Under the pieces are notes generated by a model. The model had not been told where the DNA came from, searched no databases, and worked only from the letters and a program-made list of their open reading frames with translations. From Paraspadella gotoi (lineage: Eukaryota > Animalia > Chaetognatha): DNA of 64,000 bases. A program made the position numbers and the translations under genes. The stretch is taken from NCBI GenBank assembly GCA_051294375.1, contig CM119271.1, positions 7,203,731 through 7,267,730 of the forward strand, written 5' to 3'. Numbering within the stretch: the stretch's first letter is position 1; every line of letters begins with the position of its first letter. Shown one piece after another: positions 1-11,800 of the stretch.

Positions 1-3000
1 GCGAGACGGAGACTCCCGCCGATCCCTCCCGCTTACATCCGGGGTGGGCGACCTCTTTGGGCGACTCGTGTAATCAGGAGTGCGAGACCTATAAAACATT
101 TAGAAAGTTGAGCTGAGAGATGTATAAAAATTTCGGTCAAAAATTTATTTTTCGTCCCATGATCAATTTTACTTACCTTGAGCGTCTCCTTCTGGTATCC
201 GGCGAGGGTGTTCGGTTAATTACGATTCGACGAGTATCTCCAGCAGCAGGGGCGTCGATTGCGGGTCTCGGTGACCTCGATCGGCGAGATGGCGATGTGC
301 GTTTAGGTGAAGAACGGCGCGAGGGCGATCGACTCGTTGCACGGCGCGCAGGCGAAGGCGTACGGCGCCTCACGGGCGACCGCGAGCTCCACACCTTTGA
401 AGGCGGAGATCGACTCCCGCGTCGACGAGTCGGCGAGCGACTGCTTCGGCGCGGCGAACGAGACCGCGAGCGTTTCGGGTTTCTCTCTCGGCTCCGCGAA
501 CGAGCCCCTGTTCTCTCTCGGCTCGTCTTTTCCGGGGAACGCCGCGAGGGTCGGCGACGGTCGGGGCTGGGTTGGCGCTTGGCCGGCGAGGGAGAGCGGG
601 AAGGTCGTCCGCGACTGGAACTTCGACTCCGCCCGCGTCTAGAAGCGCGATCGGCCTTGTCGCGTCGGGATTTCTCGTCGGCCTTGCTGAGCAATTTGGA
701 GCGGTATTCCTCCACTTGATCGGAGATGCTGACGCCCGGCTTGCGAGTCTTTTTCCCAGACTCGATCTCGTCCTGGAACTTCATGACCTTCAACTCGACC
801 TCGCGCAGGATCTTGCGCTTTTCCTCCGTCATCTCTTGCTTCAGGAAGGCGGCCGTGGTGAAGCTGTCCTGGCTGTCGCGGCCAGGCGTATCCCCATAAG
901 AGACCAGCGGTGAATCGGAGCGGGATCCGTTTTCCGCGGCGACGCCGCCAAAGATTGGACGGACGGTATCGTCGATCCTCAGCGGAACTCCGTCCAAATC
1001 GTCAACATTACTGTCTTTTGAATCCCCTTTAGATTCAAATATATCCCACTTGGAGGTTGTAACAGCCTGAGAAGTCGCGTTGTTATGATAAGAGATTTTT
1101 TCGTGACGAAGGAAGAAACAAGATGGGGAAGAGGAGTTAGACCGGGCGACCCCGCGGAGGAAAAATGGATTCGATCAGAGGCATTGACGCAACGTGACCG
1201 CGACGGCGTCGCGGAGCCTCGCGACGATGAACCGCCGATACACACCTGGGACTCCAAGGTGGACTCGTCCACGGTCTCCCATTTGCTGGACTGGAACTTT
1301 GCCTTGACTTGTCGCTCGGCCTCTTCGTCTTCCTGGCGCTTTTTGAGCGCGTCCAGGTCGAGCGGGACGCCGTCGTGGTCGCCGGGCATCGGGACGCCAT
1401 CGACGTCGTCGTCGTCGTAACCGGCGACCAGGGGTTTGCCGTCGAGAACCTGAAGGTGCATAGCAATCAACTATGGAACGAACAAATAAATTATATTTCT
1501 GTTGTAAAAGAGCTCGTAATCAAAATGTTTTGGCCCGCTAACCTGCATTTGTTTTTGTCACCCTCAAATGTGAAGGGGTTACCGAATCGGCGATAAAAAA
1601 TTACTTAAATTTAAAAATAAATACAAGTTGATTCCATCCCACCCATTTAATTCTTGCTTCGTCGCACTTACGCTAATTAGTTTACCATCCACATCTTCGT
1701 CGAGCGGAACCCCATCTAGATCTTTCTCTTCCTCCTCTTCCTCCTTTACCAGCCCCAAAAACGTGTTCTGACATTGAATAAGCATTTCGCTGGGATAAAT
1801 GGCCCATTCCTCCCAAGCGCGGAAACACTGCATGACTTTGCTCTTGAACTGTTCGGCTTTGAGTCTCGAATCGATGGCGTCCATCGCCTCTTTCAAATCT
1901 TTGACGATGACGAGGATCCTTGCTTGGAAGAACTTGCGGTAGTCGGAGGCGCGACGGACCCTGGCGCTGGAGTTGTAGAGAAGGTCGGAGACGAGGAAGA
2001 GGCGAGCGAGTTTCTTCGGCATCGGTGTCGACGGCATGGAGAGCGACTCGACGAGGCAGTCGACAATCTCCTCAGCATAATCGGCCGCCTCCAAACAGAA
2101 GACCATCGCTTCGCCGATTTTTCCTTTTTCCGGCGTCAAGCTCTTGATGATCTCCTCCAGGCTGGAACGAGTCGCCGTACGCATCTTGTCCCTCGAGTCG
2201 GCCTCGGTCTTAGAAACGACGGTCTTGGGCTCGGTTTCCTCCTGTTTCTCGAACATATCGTCGGACATTCCCTGCTTGAACATGTCCTTGGGGGGCGGCA
2301 GCCATTTTGCGCCTCCTTTAAACATGGAAAACTCATCGGGACGCCAGTTGGTGGGCGTGTCGCCCTGCATGATCGAAAAAAGTCGCCATCTGTAGTAGAC
2401 GTGGGCGGGGCTAAAGTTTTCAAACAAGAAACGGAACATGGGGTTATTGATCTCTCGGTTCATGATCATCGCCTCGAACATGGGGCCCTCGCGGACGACG
2501 AACTCGACCATCCGGTGGATGAGGCAGAGAAGATTTCTGTCTGTCGGAATCACCACCTTCACCGTGCAGGTCGCCAAAAACTTCTCCAGCTTCCCGTACT
2601 TTTCAAGCTTCTCTAAATCGTCCTTGCTCCACGTTTGCTGCATGGGCGGGACCTTCCCATCCATCAGAGCTCGTGGTCGGGGTGGCTGGGCGTTAAAGGG
2701 TAGCCCGGTGGGCGGCGGAGGCATCATGCGCTCTTGCATCGAGGGCGGAATGTAGACAGGCTGCGGAGGAATTGGAACGGCCTTACCCCAACCCATCCGC
2801 ATGTCAAACCCCATCACGTCTGTGCTTTCCAAATTTTGCAGCGCCCTCTCGGCGTCGCGCCGATTCATGAAAGCGACGAAGCCGCAATTGCGGCCGCGGG
2901 ATCTCTCCTCTTCCGTACGCGGCCACATCACTTTGACGCTGGCCAAGGGACCGAACTTGCCAAATACTTCGCAGAGATGCTCTTCGTTCATGACCGGGTT

Positions 3001-3645
3001 GAGATTTCCCAGATAAAGGTTGGTGGTTGCGGGATCGCCGGTGTCGTGCGACCCGCCGCGAGCAGCAAGGGCGAGGGCCGAATTCGAAGCCATCGTCTGC
3101 TGGCTGGAGGATGGACCGACGTCAACGTCGTTCTCGAACGCCAAATCTCCTTCGTCGTCTGGATCGTCCAGCTGGTCCCGCAGCTTGAGCTTAAGCTCGC
3201 GGCGCTGTTGACGCTCCTCTTGCATTGCTTGAAGCTCCTCTTTGAACAATTCTAGGTTGCTCTTTTTCTTGACTTCATCCTTTTTCTTACTGGGTTTGAT
3301 CGGTTTTTTCTCGGGCTTAATTTCGATCTTTGGCTCAACGGTTTCTTCTTCCTTGCGGAAAACGGGCAAGTAAGCTTTCGGTTTGTACAGCTTGCTCCCC
3401 TCGTCATCTTTCTTGTCCTTTTTAGCTCCGGCCTGAAATGTGGAGCCTTTGACCCAGGTTTTGTTGGCGGCCGCTTTGGAATCGGAGAAGGTGTCGACGA
3501 ACTCCTTGAAGACTTCTGCCGTCGCTTCTTCGTCCTCTCTCTTCTTTAACTCAGCCTGCTCTTTCTTGGAAAGTTTTTTGCCAGCGCTCAAGCCAAGATT
3601 GAAGGCCTTGAGTTTAGCCTCCGACAAATTCTTAGACGATGACAT
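1..3645 (-). CDS. U2SURP: U2 snRNP-associated SURP motif-containing protein (SR140), 3'-partial; exons ~3645-1672, 1449-1246, 1066-177, 88-<1
   Basis: RRM (TTNLYLGNLNP...RNCGFVAFM), SURP (IHRMVEFVVREGPMFEAMIM...HVYYRWRLFS), CID (KLARLFLVSDLLYNS), DLDGVPL acidic repeats, cwf21-like LREVELKVMKFQDEIESG, RS tail; GT-AG junctions keep frame. Confidence 0.95.
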
Positions 3646-4404
3646 TTTTGGCTTTACAATCTCGCCATTTAAATCGAAACTAAAATACAAACCGCTTTAA
3701 ATAAAAATAAAGCAAATTAGGTACAAGATTTATATAAATGAATTAACTAGCCCAGTACCGCGGAGAGGGTTCATTTTTTGTTAACTTATGGGTTTTTAAT
3801 GAATTTCTTTTCGAAAAATTTTTTTAATTAATACTTATTTCAAATTAGAGCAAGTTGCTGTTGTTTCTTAGTATGAACTGAAATGAGAGAATACACGATT
3901 TTCATCTATAAATAACAAGTATTTCGCTCTTTGAGTGGGAGATCATAACACGATTTTAGAATTAAAATTAATTCAAAATTCTACAAAAGCAATTAGTATT
4001 AAATTAGGAACTGCTGTTAAGATGTGTAGGAGCGTCAATAATTCTTAATCTGTCGATATTATCCATTTTCGACATATTTTTTTTAATGACAAATATTAAC
4101 CGCCACTTTCATCCATGACTTAACTAAGATACAATGATATACGGAAAATGCTTTGGGAATGAGTTTCGTGTCGCCGTTGAGCGGCAGGACTTCGACCCAA
4201 AAGAAAAGAGTCCATAGAAACTGAACAAATGACTATCGCTAGCGATAATTCCAGAATCTGTGCAGTAGTTGATTATAATTTCTCATTTTTGTTTTCACCC
4301 CCCCCCAAAAAAAAACATTGTGGAAATAATCATTTTAAATTAAAAAGATAACAACCTGATTGTATACATATGTATTTATCATAAAATACAGGTTTTACAG
4401 AAAA
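3646..4404. promoter_or_regulatory. Divergent intergenic region / likely bidirectional promoter between U2SURP and calaxin
   Basis: Head-to-head start codons ~760 bp apart; X-box-like GAGTCCATAGAAAC at 4208-4221 and palindrome TATCGCTAGCGATA at 4234-4247. Confidence 0.55.
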
Positions 4405-5768
4405 ATGTCTTCGGGAGTTTTAGCAAAGAAAGAGCAAACGAAATTAGCAACCTCTTTATCTGCCACTACTCATTTGAAGTTTCATTCTGTCAGAACGCTA
4501 CTTAATGTGTACTATGACTTAGTGGCTAACAACAAAAAGTTGGACAGGTATAATAAAAACTAACGCACAAAATTGCTTTTATTCTATATCAATTTCTAAA
4601 CTTTGCTATTTGATTACATTTACAGGGTCCGATTCCGTGACGTTCTTCATACTCAATTCGAAATGTTGGACGACATTCTAATGGACAGAGTATTCAAAGC
4701 ATTCGACAAAGACAATGATTCGTATATCAGTGCCGAAGAGTGGATATACGGCATCTGTTTATTTCTGAACAGGTTAAGTAATTAAAAGAATCATTAATTG
4801 ATTGAGCAGTTGAGAGTTGACGTAAAAGGTAATCTAATTCAGTCCGGTTGAAGAAAAGATAAAATACTGCTTCACTTGTTACGATTTGAACGGAGATGGC
4901 TACATTTCCCGCGAAGAAATGATACATCTAATGAAGAACTGCATCGTAAAGCAGGTCTGTGAATTGATAAAAAAAACCGATTTTTTCCCCCAAATATTTC
5001 GACTTATATTGCTAAGTCATCATCAGTGGCTCTTTGCCACTGATGATGACTTAGCAATAATAAGCAATAATAAGCAATAATAGCTTAGCAATAATAAGTC
5101 GAAATATTTGGGGAAAAAAAATTCGTTTTTTTTCTTTGTTAAATGCGCTTTTCTTCATGATGAAAATATATCATTATACTAGAAATCATTTTTTCATTCA
5201 ATAACCAAAAGATCTTTCCTGTGCGATAGTGTTAATCCTGGAGATGAACTGAATATATTTAACTCAATGAATATTTTTTACTTATTAGTCAACTGACGAA
5301 GATGCCGACGAGGGGGTTAAAGATCTGGTTGACATCGCTCTCAAAAAAATGGACAAAGATCACGACGGACGCCTTTCGTACTTAGATTACAGGCACGAAT
5401 ATTTTTTTTTGAAGCTACTCTAATTTTTATATCTAGATAAATTGAAACCATTTTCGACTTTAAAACTCTAAAGGCAAGCGGTCAAAGAAGAACCTTTGCT
5501 TCTTGAAGCGTTCGGCATGTGCCTTCCCAACGATAAAAGGCGAAAAGTGAGCGCATCTTATGTAATGAAACGAAAAAAAAAGAAGAAAGACAAATTGTTT
5601 ATAATATCCATCCCTTTATCGAAAAAGGCTTTCATGATGACCTACTGCTCTACGGAACCTGAAGCCGAGAAAGAATTGCAATTTCAGCACCTGATGGCGC
5701 TGCGAGCCATCGATCTGCAGAACGAGAAGATGAAAGAAAGGAGCGCTCGAGAGGAAGGCCGACGTTAG
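4405..5768 (+). CDS. EFCAB1: Calaxin / EFCAB1 EF-hand protein (outer dynein arm); exons ~4405-4547, 4626-4772, 4842-4954, 5289-5392, 5474-5547, 5628-5768
   Basis: Three EF hands ([36 protein letters not shown]) plus [21 protein letters not shown] and [14 protein letters not shown] motifs typical of calaxin; intron 4 must be GC-AG. Confidence 0.9.
4969..5133. repeat. Fold-back palindrome in calaxin intron 3 carrying two opposed minimal hammerhead ribozyme motifs (probable Penelope-like element terminus remnant)
   Basis: 24-bp perfect inner stem 5007-5030/5036-5059 and outer arms; each strand reads CCA-CTGATGA-T-GACTTA-loop-TAAGTC-GAAA-TA-TT-TGG. Confidence 0.75.
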
Positions 5769-6382
5769 CCTTTTCTGAAGGCTTTTTTTTTTTAAACAAA
5801 ACCGGAACAATGACCACAGAGCCTCTTAACACTTGCCTGCTTTTTACCGAGCAATATTCTTTATTTTGCTTTTTATTTCAGGAATGGACATTGCGAAATA
5901 GTTTTACGTATAAATAATCATTTTATTCACTTAATTCCTTTTCATTTTTCCATGGAATTTTATTTACAAAAATTTCAATAAAAAAAGTTACCTATTGCGT
6001 ATTAATTGAAACCTACAAGAAAGATAAAATAATAAAAAACAAATAATAATAGTCGAAGAAATAAAAATTGTACGTTAATTGAATATTTTGTTGCCCAAAA
6101 ATTAAATTTAAAATAAAGACAAAATAATTTTTCTCTAGTCTACTTGTAACAATTCATTTGGTTTCCGAAAGCTCGTTTAAATTCATTCATTACCAAATTG
6201 CAATTAACTTGACCTTCCAAGATTTTTTTTTTCACAGAATCTATTTAAAAGTCATAACGTGACGACCGTCTCCGGATAATCTCTAATTTAAAAACTGCGT
6301 TAAAAAAAATTGTAAATGACACATTTACTAAATGACTTAACATCGCGAAGAAGAGCGGCCGTCCTCGTTTTGTTCCGGTAAA

Positions 6383-8648
6383 ATGTCCTCCGTCGCTCGA
6401 AAGAAGTCGGGATTTGACGAGGACGACGACGAGGACGACGACGTCTTCGAAGGATCCTTTTTCTACATCAACCGCGACGGATTCCCCATCACCGAAGAAA
6501 CCTGGGACAGGATGTACGACTTCGCCGCCAAGAATCATCCGTTGGGTGAGTTGAGTTGTCGCCGTCGTCGGTATTATTATAATTGGTACATGTGACCGAA
6601 TCAAATAAATGTAATTATTATAAATTGTAAAGGAAATTTGCTTCACAAAGAAGTGAAAGAGCGCGTGAAACGTTCTCCCGATGTACCAATCCCTCATCCT
6701 CCGGGTAAGTAGCATGAATCTCAAGAAAGAAACTACTTTACAAAATTATCCTTTTGGTCTCCGTGACAGGTGCCTTCTCTTCGTCGTTGGGAGTGGCGGC
6801 AAGAATAGAACAGGTGCAGAACTACATCTCCAGCCTGAAGTACAACCACACCGGAACCCAGTTTTTTGAAATTAAAAAAGCCAGGTGCGTTAAAAAAACG
6901 TTATAAAAAGCTAAAGTTGTTTTCCTACTTTTATAGGTTTTCATTGATTTATTTAGTTTTATTCCCTTAAATTTACAGACCAATCGCCGGGTTGATGGAG
7001 ATAGCCAAAGAGATGATCAAAGAATCTTTGCCAATCAAATGCTTGGAGGCTTTGGTTTTGGCCACGTATCTGACGAACGACATTCATGGCCTTCTTAGAT
7101 TTAACATCTCGTTCAAAGTAAATGGAAACCTTTCTTTATATTAAATCATTAATAGTCTAGTATGAATTCTTAAATTTTCAAAACTATTTTTATGATTTTC
7201 TAGACCATTTTTGAGGGCGGACTTTTTCGACACGTTGTCTTGGGCGTTTATTCTAACGGAAAGTACGGAGCGTTAGGAATGAGCAGAAGAAAGGTGAGTC
7301 CTTCGCAGCTTAGTACTTTGCCATTTTGAAAGCTGCATCATTGAAAATTACATGTTGCAGGATCTGATGTACAAACCCTTAAAGTTCGATTCCCTTACAT
7401 CACTGGTGAAAAATTTTCTCGCGTGCTACAAAAAGTACGGCCATACGGTTCGAAAACTAAAAGTCGGGAACAAAATTACCAAAGGTAAGTTTTTACGGGG
7501 CAGGTAGTGGAAACTAAGCAAAATAGAAAAGAAATAAAATCAAATATGTATATTAATAAAAGAGCGAAATCTTAGTGATTAACTAATATACAAGTTAACT
7601 TTTTGATTTCGTTCGTCAGATCCTCACAGCTTCGAACCGATTCCGTGGAAAGGAATTTCTTTGGAGTTGGGAAAATTGAAGGACGGAGAACTTTGTCGCG
7701 AGTTGGAGCGACATTCGCGTGACTTGCGTGTCGTGGTGAGGGAATTGTTGTAATGATTTACAGCCATAGTCGTTAGTCATTAGCCATTAGCCATAGAGAA
7801 GATCTTTTATTTTTTTATAAAAATCTTGATTAATTTATCGATTAATAAATAAATAAATTAAAAAAAAAAAGAATAAATAAACCCTTAAAGCACGCAATAA
7901 ACCTATCAGTTTTATCAATCATATTATCAATCAATCAATCAAATCAATAGATCAAATTAAGAATTTATATTGCTCAATCCATCGAATTACATAAATAAAA
8001 AAAACCAATGACGGAATTAATTTATAATGCTTATATATTCTCCCAGAGTCCGTACGACACTTCCCCTCGAATTCCGACGCAATTGCCAGCGACGACGACG
8101 ACGACGACGACCCGACGCGACTCGCTCACGAATTCCCTGTCGATTTTGAACCGAGATAAAGGTAAGAATCGAGAAACGCATCCACCACATCCTCTTCTAG
8201 AAACGCGATGGATTTTTTCTTAAATTAGAGTAAAAAAATTTAATTTTTGTTTTTAGTCGGATCGTAGTTGATAGATTTAAACTGAAATAACATGCGTAAT
8301 ATTAATCGTTACATCATTGAACGAATCGATAACTTGTTGTACGTCTATTTAATTTTTTTTATTTCTTCAGTCGATAAGTCGTTCTCCTCGCCGCCGCTTG
8401 GACGCCGATCACGTTCCTTCGTGGCGTCCTCGTCCGACTTGAGGAGATCGCGCGAAAAACAAAAGAGCAACGGAGATCTTCGCCGATCGAGAACGTCTTT
8501 TCTCAATTCCGACGACGACGACGACAGCGCCGGATTTACTAAGGCGACAAAAAACGGAACTAAAAACAAAAACTCGAAAATCTCCGCGAGCGTCTCGAAC
8601 GTTTGCGCGGTTTACTCCGAAAAATCGAGTTACAAAGTTCGCGTTTGA
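6383..8648 (+). CDS. VASH: Vasohibin (tubulin tyrosine carboxypeptidase); exons ~6383-6545, 6632-6704, 6770-6884, 6979-7117, 7204-7293, 7361-7484, 7620-7735, 8047-8161, 8371-8648
   Basis: Spliced protein has FYINRDGFP..TWDRM, YNHTGTQFFEIKK, LPIKCLEA (catalytic Cys), FRHVVLG (His), GALGMSRR, DPHSFEPIPWK and a C-terminal YKVRV. Confidence 0.93.
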
Positions 8649-8882
8649 TTTCTGCCGGAATATTTATCGATTTACCTATTTGTTTATTTATTTATTGCAC
8701 GATGTTCGTCCTTTTTTCTTTTTAAGCGCAATTGTTAAAAATGTTTAAGACGCTTTTTCCATCGAACATTAAACTGTGTTTTCAACGACAATAACAGACA
8801 GATTGAAAACATGTAAACGAGGGCGCGTCGTTCGGAAGACGCCGTTCAGTCGCGATGCTTCAGCCGTCATCCCTTCGGCGGG

Positions 8883-11800
8883 ATGGATAAAGATGCGGAC
8901 GCGCTATTCGAGGAGAGAGGGACGGAAGGGTCTGACGTTTCCAGCGCGGTCGACCCCGCTGACAATGATGCCGAGCGGGTGTCATATCCAGCGACGATTA
9001 AAGACGATGGCGATGGCGACGTATCGCGGGTCACGGAGACGCCTCCCGCGCGTTACACTCCCGTCGATAAATTTCCGAGAAGCGATTCCGACGAACTGGA
9101 AGATAAAGGACGAGACGACGACGACGAAGAAAATATCAAACATCAAACAGACGAAATCCCGACGGCGCTCTCCGAGAAATCATCGCCATCTCCGGGATCC
9201 ATCCCCGAACCATCTCCGGAGGAAGTCGTCGAGGCCGCCGTCAACGCGTTGGGCACGTTGGAACGTCCCTCGTTGACGCCGTCGGTGGATGACGGTCAGA
9301 GCGACGTGGACGGAGGAGACGTCGACGACGGCCCTCCGCCTCGTCTTCTCCTCATCTCTTCCAGGATCAAAAACATCTCTTCCATCCAATCGGCCATGTT
9401 GGCCAACGTCTTCCGCGTGACCTTCAAGCATGATCTCGGCCCCGACGAGATACTCAGTCTCATCGCGGAGCAGTTGGGAACCACGAAGGTCGAGTCCATC
9501 GCCTTCATCGTTCCATCGACGACGACGACCATTCAAGTCTACGGCAAAGAAGACTCCTGCTTTCTCACCAAGGAGTCCATCCTGGAAGTGAAGAGTCTGC
9601 GAGGATTCTTCGAAATGCTCGCCCGGAACCACCTCGACTCTTCCTGGGTCAACGCGCGGTTGGACTTCTTGCACTGCGCCACCGCGTTGACGGTCGACGG
9701 TAATTTGATCGCCGAAGAGATCCGATCCCTCGTCAACGTCCCCGTCGGAATCTCCAAGGACATCAACGGGTCGGACATTTCGTACAATCGAATCGGCGAC
9801 GAAACGCGCGAAGCGGCGCAAGTCGGCGATCTTTATTTCAACGTCACCATGTTGCGAAGTTGGAGCGCTCATCAACAATCCCTCTCGGGATTTGAAAAGA
9901 TCAGGGCCGTGGGAAAGGGAGCCTATGGAACGGCCGTGCTCTACAGGAAAAAGGACGACGACTCTCTCGTCATTCTCAAGGAAATAAACATGTGCGATCT
10001 CAACGCTGGGGAGAGACAGATGGCGCTGAACGAGGTCAGAGTCTTGGCCATGCTCGATCACCCCAATATCATTGGCTACTACGACACTTTCGAAGAAGAC
10101 GGCACCATGATGATTGAGATGGAATATGCCGACGGCGGGACTTTGGCCCAGTTTCTCTCGACCCTCGAAGAGGCCGGTCCTATGTCGGAGAAGGAAATTC
10201 TTGCAATGTACAGTCAAATCGTGGGAGCCATTCGTCACATGCACGAGCATAAAATTTTACACAGGGATCTCAAGACTTCAAACATTTTCATGACCAAGGA
10301 AGGAATTATCAAAGTGGGGGATTTCGGAATATCCAAGATGATGACGACTAATGGAGCTTCCACGGTTCTCGGAACTCCGTACTACATAAGTCCGGAAATA
10401 TGCGAGGGAAAAGCCTACAATGAAAAGAGTGACATTTGGTCATTGGGATGCATCCTCTATGAAATGGCTTGTCTGCAAAAAACTTTCGAGGGATCCAATC
10501 TCCCAGCATTGGTCAACAAAATAGTAAAAGGCCAATTCGCCCCAATCAAAGGAGAATATTCTCAAGGATTCCGAACTTTGATCAGGGACATGCTGCAAAA
10601 AGATCCAGAGTTTAGGCCAACGGCCACGGATCTGCTCTATCTAAGAATCCCAGAGTTGCAGATACCATATCTCGACCCAGTGACGGACGGAGAAGACGAC
10701 TTGACCCAATCCGCATCAGAGTCAGGTGGTTCGTCTGGAGTGACAAAAAAGAAACAGACGCGAAGCGAACTCTACTGCATCGACATGGGTTCCCTCTGGT
10801 TGACCGGCATCGAGTTGCCCCAACGCATCAGTGTCAGGGAATTGTCCTCGGGCAGCAACCATTGCGTCATCGTCTCATCCGAGCATCTGGTTTTCTCGTG
10901 GGGCAGAAATCATAAGGGGCAGCTGGGGGTCGGCGATCTTGACGATCGGGTAAATCCGACTCAGGTGGAGGCGTTGAGAGGCAAAACGATCGTGAGAGGA
11001 GCATGCGGGTCTAATTTCTCGGTGTTTATCAGTGATAACGGGATAGTAATGACATGCGGCGATGGAACAACTGGATGTTTGGGTCACGGAGATTGGAACT
11101 GCATCACGAAGCCGAAATTAATCGAGGCGATTCTTTCCGTCGATGTGACGGCGCTGGCTTGTGGCCCGCATCACGTGGCGGTCATCGGTTCGAATGGAGA
11201 GATCTACACGTGGGGCACTGGCGCAAAGGGAAGACTGGGTCATGGAACTGAAGAAGACAAGTCGACGCCGAATCAGATAACGGTTGAAGAGCCCGTGCTG
11301 ATCAAAGATGTCTTTTGTGGGGTTGATGGAACAATGTTTCTGACGGACGCTGGCGCAGTTTTCGCCTGTGGTCATAATGAATTCAACAAGCTGGGACTGA
11401 ATAACAGGCAAGGCTTCCTGATGACCTTGAAACAAATCTTTAATCAGAGAGAAGTGGAGGGATCCTTAAAACCGATTTGCGTCCGAAGTTTAATGAGACA
11501 CAGGGTGGAAAACATAAGCATGGGTCCAAAACACAGCGCGGTATTGGACGATCGGGGCACCATCGTCACTCTCGGAAATAATGAATATGCTCAACTCGGC
11601 TTGGGAAATACAAAACCACAGTCATACCCCACCGCTGTTCGAGGTTTATCCAGCAAGATGATGACGGACGTTTACTGTGAGCAGAGCTTTACCATTGGAT
11701 GGACGACCGAAGAACTCTTCTTTTGGGGTGGAAAGCCCAAGTCTCGAAAAGGTCAGCTGAAAAGTTCACAAAGCACCAGCTTCGAGCCTCCAACTCCAGT

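Noticed and set aside
120-3255. Plus-strand ORFs (120-719, 1774-2616, 2734-3255)
   Set aside because: Antisense shadows of GC-rich U2SURP exons with no recognisable domains
9180-10250. 356-aa minus-strand ORF
   Set aside because: Antisense shadow of the NEK coding sequence
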